DNA of 64,000 bases from a bacterium (GTDB taxonomy: Bacteria; Hinthialibacterota; Hinthialibacteria; Hinthialibacterales; Hinthialibacteraceae). The position numbers and the translations under genes were made by a program. Positions 41,201 to 50,700 of the stretch are shown in pieces. The notes under the pieces were generated by a model that did no database searches, was not told the DNA's origin, and was given only the letters and a program-made list of their open reading frames with translations. Location: positions 640,001-704,000 of the forward strand of contig CAXXMV010000008.1 of NCBI GenBank assembly GCA_963662285.2. Reading direction: 5' to 3'. Position 1 is the first letter of the stretch. Each line of letters begins with the position of its first letter.

Positions 41201-43980
41201 GGAGAAAACGATTCTACAATTGGCGAAAACGGATCACCCACCACAATTTGAAAAGTCTCAAGCGGAGTGACGCCGTAATCCATATCGTCCCATTCCGCGC
41301 CGAACGCTTGCCCGTTCAGGCCGAAACCACGCTCGAAGATTCGTCCAATGGTTGAGGCTTTGGAAAGAGCGTCCAAAATTAACGTGCTGGAAGTAAGGAT
41401 GGATTTGAGTTGACCCTGCACCTTCTCCTTTGCAATGGATAGTCCATGTTCGCTAAAGGATTGAGCGATGCCTTTACTGGCGTCTTTCAAAACGTTTAAG
41501 AAGAGATCAAGGGCTCTCGCTTTCGATATATCGACGCCATCCAAAGCCATCATTTTTGGGATCAACGTAGCCGTATTATTCTGCACGGCGGAAATCGCCG
41601 CTTTCTTGTATACATCCGTTTCGTTGGTAAATAAGCCCCAGACATCCACCAAGATCAACATCACATTCATAGCTCTGGCTTTGAGGTGTTGGTTGTACAA
41701 TTCTTTGTGACCGGGCTGCACGGCGTTCGTATCCCAATACTGGGCGCCATGTTCACGGAATGCGCCATTGAAACATCGAACGAGATAGACAGCTTCGTCA
41801 TCAAGGAGATTGGCATTGTTTGGATCAGTCTGCAATCGAAGAGTCGATCCAGATACTAAACCATCAAACACCCTATTGAAGCCTTCCCGTACCAAATCGA
41901 TTAATGCCGTCCATTGTTTGGCAGGAATAATAATCGTTTCTTGATAATTCATGTGTGGGTAGCCGGTCATCACAATTTCAGAAGACGGCGTGTTCCATCC
42001 AAGTGGAAAATTCACAGGATCGATTCGATATATCCTGGCGATCCAATCGACTGGACAATAATTATCGTCATAAATATAAATTTCGAATCCCTTACTTTCT
42101 TCATCGTATTGCAACGCCAAATATTCCCGGTCTGGATTGAAGGTTCGAATCTTTGGTTCTTCATCAGATTGCATTACAACTAGCGGTTGTTGATCAGAGT
42201 ACTTCGCTTTTTTCATCGCGGTTGCTGAATTTTGAATGCGCTCTGAGCGTGAATTTTTTGCCGCCTGTAAAACGTGTTCAACGGAGAAAGATACTGTTTC
42301 AGGAATCGCATCGGCGAGCGCTGCAACAGCCTTTGCCCACGCCGATTCAACCTCTGCATCCTCCAGTCCATTGGCGCCCTGGGGATAGCGTTGACTAATC
42401 ACGGCAGTTAATTCATCCAGTTCAGGAAGGTCTTCCATCAAAGTCATAAGCCACTTGGCGACATGCGTTTCTCTGGACATGAAGAATGGATGCATGAATA
42501 CTAGGGCTTTAGCCGTTGTCTCTGCATTAATTATAAATGGTTGATCCGGCTGGTCTGTATAACCTGGAATGGAAACGGCCAAAAAGGAGTTATCTCCATC
42601 GCCTTTTGGAACCGCTCCAATCAGGCTGACAACATCGGGCAGCATCGTTAAGCGAAAAGAACCATTTGCATCGGATACCGTTTCATCCAATCCCACAACA
42701 ATAAAGTCTTCTGGATTGAGGCCATCCCCCAAATCCAGCAATCCATCGGTTTTGGGAATTATGATGAAATCATCACTTGTCCGGGCCGTTCCAATCACTG
42801 TTTCGACTTTAATGGGGCCGTTGATTGCTCCTTCGGGAACTTTGACTGAAATCTCTGCATTGGATACGTCAAGGACTTCCGCCTCTAGATCGTTGAAAAA
42901 GACCTTGGGATTTTCTGCTTCGCCTACCAGGAAGTTTATGCCTTCGAGTACGACCAAGACACCGATCCCTGCGCGACCGGGCAATACATCATCGATCCGG
43001 GGGGAGAGTTTATTGAGATTGCCAGTGAGTTCATCGGCGGAGATTAGTCCAACCGAGTAATTCAGTATTTTCTGGGCGTCGTCACTGGTTAATGCATCAT
43101 CACCTATATGCTTACCATTCAATCCCGGAAATGGAAATACATCTCCCGCCTCTCTATTCTCAGCGGGTATGGTTTCCAGTCCTTTACTATCACGGAGGAT
43201 TTTTAAGGCGTCGCGTCCGTCAACAACAAGGTCTCCGGTTACATCGCCAAGAGTTTTCATTTCAGAAACGGGTTGAGGGCCTCCCAGTGAAGATATTTCA
43301 GCAGGCGTTAATGGTTTGTCGTAGATGCTCACCATCGAGACATCCATTAACTGGCCTTCATTATCGTTATCCGCAAATAGAAGAATGTAGGGAGTGGAAC
43401 TATCGCTTCCATAAATAGAAAAACGCCCATCCACATCCTGCCCGGTTCCCTGATGAATCGAATCACCATTGATAAAATATTCAATATTCCCGGCAACCAA
43501 GTCAATCACGATGGACAGCCGGTACCACTCACCGGGGGAAATAGCATAGTCTGAATATCCGGTTGCGCCGACTCCAATATTGCCAGTTTTATTGATCCAG
43601 CCATCCCCATCATTGGCGTTCGAATCACTGGTGTTATAAAAACAAAACCATGCGCCAATTTCCGGTACTTTAAAATCGAAAACAAGAGAATATTGATTGA
43701 CGTAGTTTCCGCCATTGGGCGTAATCCCATGCCGGGCGATATAGTAGCTGCCCGCACCGATTCGGACAGCGCCGTCCGGGCCTTCGATGCCTGACACGGC
43801 TGTATGTTCTCCAACCAAATTCAGAGGCCCGCCTATTGATGCACGGGTTAAATCGGCGGGATCGTCAAAAGTCCATAAACAAACAGGCTGTGGTTGAGAG
43901 AGTGCTATTCCAGAGGATAAAAGTAGTGTGAAAAGAATAAAAACGAACAGAACTGCCTCACGAGTGATAGGAATTCTCAT
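35260..43980 (-). CDS. Giant secreted multidomain protein: LamG-like, dockerin-like, IPT/TIG, parallel beta-helix, TolB/PD40 propellers, cohesin-like
   Basis: Signal peptide; WYRLSIVID LamG-like segment; GDVTGDLVVDGRDAL and DDALTSDDA dockerin pair; IT/LEG.NF IPT repeats; many N...GI.I beta-helix repeats; SPDGKQIAFVSSRSGN PD40 repeats; C-terminal LEFDINYDDGIL...G...QLAFQV cohesin-like domain. Confidence 0.85.
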   Translation of the reverse strand: MRIPITREAVLFVFILFTLLLSSGIALSQPQPVCLWTFDDPADLTRASIGGPLNLVGEHTAVSGIEGPDGAVRIGAGSYYIARHGITPNGGNYVNQYSLVFDFKVPEIGAWFCFYNTSDSNANDGDGWINKTGNIGVGATGYSDYAISPGEWYRLSIVIDLVAGNIEYFINGDSIHQGTGQDVDGRFSIYGSDSSTPYILLFADNDNEGQLMDVSMVSIYDKPLTPAEISSLGGPQPVSEMKTLGDVTGDLVVDGRDALKILRDSKGLETIPAENREAGDVFPFPGLNGKHIGDDALTSDDAQKILNYSVGLISADELTGNLNKLSPRIDDVLPGRAGIGVLVVLEGINFLVGEAENPKVFFNDLEAEVLDVSNAEISVKVPEGAINGPIKVETVIGTARTSDDFIIIPKTDGLLDLGDGLNPEDFIVVGLDETVSDANGSFRLTMLPDVVSLIGAVPKGDGDNSFLAVSIPGYTDQPDQPFIINAETTAKALVFMHPFFMSRETHVAKWLMTLMEDLPELDELTAVISQRYPQGANGLEDAEVESAWAKAVAALADAIPETVSFSVEHVLQAAKNSRSERIQNSATAMKKAKYSDQQPLVVMQSDEEPKIRTFNPDREYLALQYDEESKGFEIYIYDDNYCPVDWIARIYRIDPVNFPLGWNTPSSEIVMTGYPHMNYQETIIIPAKQWTALIDLVREGFNRVFDGLVSGSTLRLQTDPNNANLLDDEAVYLVRCFNGAFREHGAQYWDTNAVQPGHKELYNQHLKARAMNVMLILVDVWGLFTNETDVYKKAAISAVQNNTATLIPKMMALDGVDISKARALDLFLNVLKDASKGIAQSFSEHGLSIAKEKVQGQLKSILTSSTLILDALSKASTIGRIFERGFGLNGQAFGAEWDDMDYGVTPLETFQIVVGDPFSPIVESFSPESAYQDSIVTITGKRFHTTETNVYISTKGYVDFKHDLDLATKLEIVEATEKQLKVKIPSGLDPTAKYKFVVRTPASSGDSGDVNRNYRSYSGDFTYLPTPKIWSALPDHVFSKVDNEVFPDFEGTLVTIEGINLLLDASDEYVYFKDGDGESLGTIIERSDSKLIVRVPPGLKPGETELYLKNPGELSIENEWKTTEPIPFTVIAKPVIDADNQTEAKSGEYVTIKGKNFQEAICLLDDVFIDSERISETGIRFGMPVGDESEVLTLVIWNPSGPSGEWPIKRGPGIEFTPPQTNAATVTVYIFPNPESYQVSLSEAAQFSRGELNLIPIDDDNLESIIEYNDSPLGYRIISSKKLPPNKYPHEKEVRYCYTKNVDDSLSFQFTESLDGPELGEENPSSASDLPEKADYVFVTGEYFDRDAYNGEDNFELISPNSDEKGTFQIGNLHIGQGDVLDMKGADLSMNSITFEDNCTYTFENVTSSSQITLDKNNVIIKAGTFNNLNEPILIENSLGNLFENITIENPANGGLLIRGGGGNTVRALISDSQTYGVRLENSQENTLYIHIDNCPDYGMNVVEGHGNVLDLRIVDSGSITQTGVILESTQNNELLCEAANCDTGIELISSIGNSINTVGAISECKYGLMLRNSELNEMRGAYTANEAGIYVDDYCVGNIFMTILFGNVTGMILEGENTHSNTLKYSSFGKYVNWETGAYDVLGNQEYGLHIRNGANNNIVDDCEFYDNGNHAIYIEGENTHSNVIRDSHFGPSYNGGEYLEDKSYGNKGDGIRIDNGANQNKLIDVYIGQSQGNGITISGAKTDYNEILSSGGLTKTRIGSQINVINEGPPYPNKGWGIAVQDGAFGTVIKDVVLGVNELGGLLVNGIKGTLSEEKSLTVKYLSVGYTSDGDQVHTQPFTETFGNGIQIEDSSQLSFTDCDVAYHDKGLVISGENSNHISIYDLEILQSKDCGLMIEGGNQFELNTIITSHNLSNGMVFKNTSNVEMSGMMGTSQSNQGHGILIDSCEHTTMNSMQIGPNNTGDGIHIINSYNTIMNNMRHYQNQGNGLFVGEGSLDTTFYSGEALENALNGFSLDECTNFWLYGIDHAEGLFVYGNGLHAVQMNNSKNIYIGKNNRGGYFCGEDYPAILIQGYETNNVQITANAISGQQGATAVHVTGGKNVVIGSPERGEGNNFTFNTDEGILAEGADTRVEIVGNLIGDYTDSNETSNGNEIGIVLQKNIRNAKITKNTINANRSYGILLRDGANRNEIVDNVISRNGKHAIRIEGGSTLGNRISNNSIYQNEESGINISEDAKKVASPTVKKIDTAKGMISGICMAPADSIIQVFADRGNQGRYFVGSSRLLGNEFVVYGDIPSGYKLNAIAIDPEHNMSEFGLMELLDDTGEQDSYVYTHSNESNKDIYLKDPTLSEHIQLTKDAADDYSPRFSSTGSQVLFVSERSGNSDLWLMNNNGSNPQQITDNPSPDYDPNWIGNSVIYISERDGNPEIYTQPAAMISGSGGGEISYSDQEPDYGYDFAAKDEAIGQQFTAPAPGKLNRLGFYIVGGLAEFGWKILNWDGGKPGETVLAEGAATPTEIGWNYFDIEEVSVPADFVVALYFLSDSKPAPGLVITGSKKRTWHFDKVEWIKGYNILLFKAFLKASSATRLTNTDSTERYPAASPDQSKIAFASDREGSMDIWIMDVDGSNPIRLTQGEGINTKPSWSPDGKQIAFVSSRSGNEDIFVMDADGQNLKQLTDSPAINTDPVWHERGNRILFSSDRDDGMELYIIDLASLNVIRLTDSDGDSTQPDSGPELLPQTAAKVLAVGKGNQIYQLEGGASLSIQSGETKPGETIVLSVDLLDAENLGNLEFDINYDDGILQLIELPMGAVTQDGLYAHNPLHYPSDLDLVRFNWIRAEGFTGNGNVMQLAFQVDQNAQQGEYPIEFKNSNAYDIGLNEIPIYHLDGILTVWAPETKVNQWMLFN

Positions 43981-44124
43981 TTTTCTCTCCCTGTATTAAA
44001 TAACTATAGAAAAACTAAAATTAATATCAATTAAGGTGCATATTGCGATAGAATTATTTTATTTTGTCATAAAAAAATGAGGTACACAACCTTACTACCT
44101 GGAAATGGAATTTCATAAAATCAT

Positions 44125-44420
44125 CCATCTCCTCCGGTAGAACCGGAAGTTTGATATTACGTACTGCTCAAAGCGGATTATACTATGCGCCGCATAAAGG
44201 CGACGTCTACTCTTCAAACAAACTCATTTGATCCAAACGATTATCCTCTTTCTCTTGTTTTGGAATATATTTTCGGATCATAGCCTCATCTCTTCCTACC
44301 GTCGAAACCAGATATTGTCACGATTCCAAAAACTCTGTCCAGTAAAATTCTTCTTTCGACCCATATAGGTTCGCGCAATATTTATCGCACTCTTTCCTTT
44401 TATAAAGCCAATCACTTGCG
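44125..44420 (-). mobile_element. tnpA: IS200/IS605-family remnant: 3' part of tnpA (frameshifted) plus right-end hairpin
   Basis: The minus strand reads QVIGFIKGKSAINIARTYMGRKKNFTGQSFWNRD, then after a frameshift YLVSTVGRDEAMIRKYIPKQEKEDNRLDQMSLFEE* (stop at 44207). A hairpin CTTCCGGTTCTACCGGAGG lies downstream at 44131-44149. Confidence 0.82.
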
Positions 44421-44639
44421 TCCAATATTTATTTAAGCCTTTTATTGAAAATTCTGTTAGAATATTATGAGAGGTTGTATAATTAGAGGATAGGTAATGG
44501 AATATTCATTCATGAAACATATTGTTTGCGCATTATCCGCTTATACATCAGATGTTTTCTTCTTGCACTTCATGGCTCCAATACTACACATTACATCGAA
44601 CACCGGCACGACTATGTCAGATAATAGGGAATCTGAATA

Positions 44640-47600
44640 ATGACTATAAAGTCAAGTACAAAACGTTCTCAAAAAAAGGCCCCGGCAAAAAAAAGCAGTA
44701 TATCCACAAAAAAGACTGCGGCCAAGAAAACTTCTGCGCCAAAGAAAATCTCTAAGCCCGGCGTATCCAAGAAAACCTTGCCGAAAGAGGATGAATCCGC
44801 ACTTATTTCCAAGGATCAAGAGGGTTTTCCGGTTGTCGGTATTGGCGCATCTGCGGGCGGGCTTCAGGCTTTTGAAGAGTTTTTTAATGCCATGCCCTCT
44901 GATAAAGGAATGGCTTTTGTGCTAATCGCTCACCTGGCGCCCAATCATGTCAGCATTCTGCCCGAATTAGTGCAAAAGCGAACTCCGATGAAGGTCGTTC
45001 AAATTGAAGATGGTATGAAGGTCCAACCCAACTGCGTGTATGTTATTCCACCGAACAGAGGATTGGCCATTTTTAATGGGACGTTGCAACTGCTCGATTC
45101 ATCCCCTAGTTTTGGCGCCAATATGCCTATCGATAAGTTCTTTCGTTCTCTCGCAGAGGATCAAGGTTCGAGAGCGGTTTGTATCATTCTTTCAGGAACG
45201 GGATCGGATGGAACCATCGGTCTGAAAGCCATTAAAGGCGAACTTGGGATGGTGATGGTTCAAGATGAAAAATCCGCCAAATATGATGGGATGCCCCGCA
45301 ATGCCATTGCCACCAATCTGGCGGATTACGTGCTTCCTCCCAAAGAGATGCCCGAACAATTGATCAAATACACCAAACACATGGTGAATCATTATCCTTC
45401 AAAAATATTTCATCCCGAGAAGGCATTCCCTGATGCCATGCAGAAAATCCTGCTGATTCTTCGTGATCGAACCCATCACGATTTCTCTCTGTATAAGAAG
45501 AATACGCTATGCCGCAGAATCGAACGCCGGATGAGCGTTCACCAGCTCACAGAAATTTCAGATTATATGCGTTATCTCCAGGAGAATGACGGCGAAGTTC
45601 ATATCCTGTTTAAGGAGCTTCTGATCGGAGTAACGAATTTCTTCCGGGATCCAGATGCATTTGATATTCTCAAAGAAACGATTATACCCGGTCTCGTACA
45701 GAGAAATCAGAATGATTCAACCTTCCGGGTATGGGTTCCCGGTTGCAGCAGCGGTGAAGAAGCCTATTCCATCGCGATTCTGTTGCATGAGTACATGGAA
45801 AAAACTCATAAATCTCTGGACGTTCAAATTTTTGGCACGGACATTGACGAAGACGCCATCAACGTGGCGAGGGCAGGCTTCTATCCAGCAAGTATAATAG
45901 GCGATGTCAGCGAGGACCGCTTGAAGCGTTATTTCATAAAAGAGGATAGCGGTAAATTTCAGATCAAAAAAATAATCCGTGAGATGCTGGTGTTCGCGCC
46001 GCAGAATATTATTAAAGACCCGCCCTTCACTAGACTGGATCTCCTCTGTTGCCGGAATCTGCTTATTTATTTCGGGCCGGAATTGCAGCATAAACTCATT
46101 CCCATCTTTCATTACAGTCTTCGAAACGAAGGTATTCTATTCCTGGGATCATCGGAAACTATTGGGAAAAACACCGAACTATTTTCACTTGCCGATAAGA
46201 AATGGAAACTTTATAAGAGAAAACCATTAATCGAAAACGCCAGGATGACGTTCCGTCTTCCAACATCTTCTTCAGACAAATATATTCAAGAACCGGAAAT
46301 TTCTTCTACGATTCGAAAGGCCGAAGAACTAAGTACTCTTCAGCTGGTCCAAACGATACTGCAACAGAGTCCAGCTCCTCCCTGTGTTATCATCGACGAT
46401 GCCTTGAACTTACTATACGTCCATGGCCATATCAGTAAATTTCTAGAACCTCCCGAAGGAAAAATCAGTTTCAATGTCCTGGACATGGCGCGCCCCGGCC
46501 TAAAAAAAGAACTGCTTGAGGCTATCAGCAAAGTCCGTCACCACAAGCAAGAAGTAATACACCGGGATATTCAAATCGAACAAGACGGAATAAAACTGCA
46601 ACTCACATTGAACGTTAAGCCTATATTAGACCAAAGTCCCATACGCGGTTTAATGATGGCCGTGTTTCAAGAGACTTCATTTGCGCCGCAAACTGGTAAG
46701 TCTAAACCGAAACTGGAATTGAAACCACCAACAGGTATGAGCGTTGAGGAACTGGAAAAGGAGTTACAACACACGAAAGAGGATCTGCAAACAACTATTG
46801 AAGAACTTGAGACATCGAACGAGGAACTGAAATCCGCTAATGAAGAACTTCAGTCTACAAACGAGGAATTACAGAGCACCAATGAAGAGATGGAAACCTC
46901 GAAAGAAGAACTCCAGTCTCTCAATGAAGAAGCTGTTACAGCCAACGCGGAACTTCAGAGCCGGATCGATCAAATGGCTACTGTGAATGATGATTTAAAA
47001 AATCTGCTGGACAGCATGGAGGCGGCAACCATTTTCCTGGATATGGATTTATGCATCCGGCGTTATACGCCCCGGATTACAGATATCATCTCTCTTACAG
47101 GAACGGATATTGGCCGACCCATAAACCATTTTGCCTTGCATTTGGTGGGCGCCATCGAGCTATCCAGCTATGCTGAAAAGGTCATTGCTGATTTGGCCAT
47201 TATTGAGGAAGAAACACAATCTATTGACGGAAAATGTTATAGGATGCGTCTCCGTCCTTACCGCACCATCAATAATGTAATTGATGGCGTGGTTATTACG
47301 TTTCAAGATATTTCGGATATTAAAAAGTATCAACAGGAGAAGGCCAAAGTAAAAGTTAAAGTATTGTCGTATTGCAAAAGTATCGTTAATACCATTCATG
47401 GATCCATGATCGTGCTGGATAGTAATCTCAAAGTGATGTTTGCCAATAACGCATTCTACACCCTATACCAATCACCTGAACAAGATACCGTGAACCATAA
47501 GATTTATAACTTGGGTAATGGCCAATGGAACATTCCAGAATTACGCGATCTGCTGGAGAACGTTCTTCCCCAAAAAACAGTGATTGAAAATTACCGGGTT

Positions 47601-47738
47601 GAGCATGATTTTGAAATCATCGGAAAACGGGTGATGTTGTTGAATGCCAGTAAATTGGTCATGGAAAACCTTGAGGAGGAATTTATCCTTTTAGGGATTC
47701 ATAATATTACAGAAGATTCAAACAATGAAGAAATATAA
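44640..47738 (+). CDS. CheB methylesterase-CheR methyltransferase fusion with coiled coil and PAS domains (CheBR)
   Basis: GIGASAGG, LSGTGSDG, IGVTNFFRD, WVPGCSSGEEAYS, CRNLLIY and EELQSTNEE heptads, followed by PAS domains. Confidence 0.93.
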   Translation: MTIKSSTKRSQKKAPAKKSSISTKKTAAKKTSAPKKISKPGVSKKTLPKEDESALISKDQEGFPVVGIGASAGGLQAFEEFFNAMPSDKGMAFVLIAHLAPNHVSILPELVQKRTPMKVVQIEDGMKVQPNCVYVIPPNRGLAIFNGTLQLLDSSPSFGANMPIDKFFRSLAEDQGSRAVCIILSGTGSDGTIGLKAIKGELGMVMVQDEKSAKYDGMPRNAIATNLADYVLPPKEMPEQLIKYTKHMVNHYPSKIFHPEKAFPDAMQKILLILRDRTHHDFSLYKKNTLCRRIERRMSVHQLTEISDYMRYLQENDGEVHILFKELLIGVTNFFRDPDAFDILKETIIPGLVQRNQNDSTFRVWVPGCSSGEEAYSIAILLHEYMEKTHKSLDVQIFGTDIDEDAINVARAGFYPASIIGDVSEDRLKRYFIKEDSGKFQIKKIIREMLVFAPQNIIKDPPFTRLDLLCCRNLLIYFGPELQHKLIPIFHYSLRNEGILFLGSSETIGKNTELFSLADKKWKLYKRKPLIENARMTFRLPTSSSDKYIQEPEISSTIRKAEELSTLQLVQTILQQSPAPPCVIIDDALNLLYVHGHISKFLEPPEGKISFNVLDMARPGLKKELLEAISKVRHHKQEVIHRDIQIEQDGIKLQLTLNVKPILDQSPIRGLMMAVFQETSFAPQTGKSKPKLELKPPTGMSVEELEKELQHTKEDLQTTIEELETSNEELKSANEELQSTNEELQSTNEEMETSKEELQSLNEEAVTANAELQSRIDQMATVNDDLKNLLDSMEAATIFLDMDLCIRRYTPRITDIISLTGTDIGRPINHFALHLVGAIELSSYAEKVIADLAIIEEETQSIDGKCYRMRLRPYRTINNVIDGVVITFQDISDIKKYQQEKAKVKVKVLSYCKSIVNTIHGSMIVLDSNLKVMFANNAFYTLYQSPEQDTVNHKIYNLGNGQWNIPELRDLLENVLPQKTVIENYRVEHDFEIIGKRVMLLNASKLVMENLEEEFILLGIHNITEDSNNEEI

Positions 47739-47747
47739 GTATAAGCG

Positions 47748-50700
47748 GTGATAGATATGGAAAAGAAGAATAATGATTCCACCAGATTTCACGAATTGCG
47801 AAAACGCGCTGAGGCATTGCTCAAAATAAGTGATGAAGATTTACCAAAAATGTCACCGGATGAGATACAAAATCTCGTTCATTCGTTTCGCACTTATCAG
47901 ATCGAAATGGAGTTGCAGAACGAGGAATTGCGGTGCGCGGAGGAAGAACTTTTAGCGTCGCGCGAAAAGTACTCCAATCTCTATGATTTCGCGCCAGTTG
48001 GTTACATCACAGTTAGTGATAAAGGGATGATTCTTGAATCAAATTTAACTTTTGCCAATATGCTGGGAGTTGAACGAAGCCGATTAATCAATCAGCCTCT
48101 ATCTGCTTATATCACTGATGAAGATCAGGATGTTTATTACCACTGCCGCAGGAAATCTCTTGAAACCAAAGAGCAGCAGACATGTGAATTAAGGATCAAA
48201 CTGAAAGAGAATCTCAGCGTTTGGGTTCGAATAGATTTCAAAGTAATCAAAAGTCCGGAGGGCGGCGCGAACCAGTTTTACATGATGATTAGTAATATTG
48301 CGGAACTGAAAAAAAATCAAAATGAACTCACTCAATCGATCAAAGATGTCACTCTGCAAAAGACAGAAATATCCGCTCTGCTCGAATCAGCTCAGGCGGC
48401 GTTGGAATGCCAGACGTTCGAAGAGGCCGCCAGAGAGATTTTTGATGCCTGCCGGAAAGCGACGGGGGCCGTATCGGGTTGCGTGGCGCTTCTATCGGAG
48501 GATGGGAGCGAGAATGAAATTCTGTTTCTTGAGGAAGGGGGTCTGCCCTACTATGTTGATACCGAACTCCCCATGCCGATCCGGGGACTGCGTGAAGAGG
48601 CATACCATAAAAAAATAGCCGTATACGAAAATGATTTCTGGAACAACCAATGGATGGAATATATGCCGGAAGGCCATGTTCCCCTGGAAAATGTTCTCTT
48701 TGCGCCGCTCATTCATAACGATCGGGCAATAGGGCTGATCGGGATTGCCAATAAGCCGGGCGGATTTACTGACAACGACGCCATTTTAGCAATGGCTTTT
48801 GCTCAACAGGCAGCGATTGCTTTGCGTTCGTTCCGAATGATTGATGAAATAATAGAACGAGACCGAATCCTCAATCAAACTGGGAAAATGGCCAGGATTG
48901 GCGGGTGGGAGCACGATCTAAAAAAGGGGAAAGGAATCTGGACTGAGGCTTTATACGACATAATCGAAATCGAACCCAAAACGGAACCACCGGGGCCGCA
49001 AGAGCATTTGAATTACTATCCGCCCGAGCATCGTAAGACGCTGGAAGAGGCCTATCAACGAAGCGTCGAGGATGGAACGCCTTTCGATCTGGAATTGCAA
49101 GTTTATACCGAAAAGAAAAACCTGATTTGGTGCCGCGTGTATGGAGAACCGGTATTTCATAGGGGCGAATGCGTTTCGATGCGAGGGACGCTTCAAGACA
49201 TAACCGACCATAAACAGGCTAGCATTGCTTTAGAAGAAAGCGAACAGCGGTATCGGGAACTATTCAACCATATGAGTGACGGCGTCGCCGTATATCAAGC
49301 GATCGAAAATGCGGAAGATTTTATTTTCAAGAATATAAATGAGTCCGGCGCCAAAATTGGAAAAATTAAAAGTGACGAGGTAATCGGATGTCGGGTGACC
49401 AATGTGTTCCCGGGTATAAAAGATATGGGATTATTTGAGGTGTTCCATCAAGTCTATCGATCTGGAAAACCGATGCATTATCCTGTTTCATTATATAAAG
49501 ACAATAGAGTATCGCATTGGGTTGAGAATTATGTATACAAATTGTCTTCTGGAGAGATTGTCGCGATTTACAAAGACGTAACTAATCGCAAGCAAGCGGA
49601 AGAAAATCTACAATCACAAACCGCTTTTTTGGAATCCTTGCTTTCCTCGATCCCCAGCCCGATTTTCTACAAAGACAATGAGGGCCGCTATTTGGGATGC
49701 AATCCCGCTTTTGAAGAAATTTCGGGGGAAAAACTGCCGAACATCATCGGAAAAAAGGTTTTTGATATATGGAAGAAAGAGTATAGCGGCATATATTATG
49801 ATAAAGATATAGAATTGATACAGCATCCCGGCGTTCAGCAGTATGAATCAAAATTCGAATCACCAGACGGGATTGTCCGGGATGTTATTTTTCATAAATC
49901 CACCTTTTTCGACCAACGGGACGAAGTGGCGGGAATTATCGGCGTTATGACGGACATCACGGAGAGAAAAAAAGCAGAAGAGGCATTGCGGGAAAGTGAG
50001 CGTATGTATCGCAGCGCCATCGAAGTCGCCGGAGCTGTTCCCTATTATCAAAACTATAATGAAAATATTTATGAATATATCGGATCAGGCATCGAACAAA
50101 TGACGGGATATTCTCCCGAAGAATTCACTTGTGAAATTTGGATATCTATAGAGAAACAAATCTGCCTATTAGGCGATTTGCAGGGATTATCCACGGAAGA
50201 AGCAGTAGATAAAGCGAGACAGGAGGAAGGCGTTAGTTGGAAGGCGGATTACCTAATAAAGACCCGCGCGGGAGAAGAACGCTGGCTATCCAACGCAGCC
50301 ATTCAAATTCGTGACGAACATGGCGTCGCCATTGGATCGCTGGGCATCCTTCAAGATATCACTGAGCGCAAACAAACCGAGGAGGCGCTGCGGAAAAGTG
50401 AAGAGAAATTACGCGCCGTCCTCGATGCTTCACCTTTCCCGGTATCGATTGTGGATTTAGAAGATAATAATATTATTTACTGGAGCCGCAGCGCTTATAA
50501 ACTTTTCGGACATACCGCACCCACAGCATCGGAATGGTATCAGATTGCTTATCCGGATATTGATTATAGAAATCAGGTGATTGAACGATGGAAACCTTTT
50601 GTGGCAACAGCCCTTCAAACCCGCAAAGCAGTCAATGCCGGTGAATACCGGGTGACCTGCAGCGATAGCTCGGAACGCATCTGCGAACTCCACATATCGT

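Noticed and set aside
46790-46935. Repetitive GAA/GAG-rich sequence encoding EELQSTNEE repeats
   Set aside because: This is the normal coiled-coil heptad region of CheBR proteins, not a DNA repeat element.
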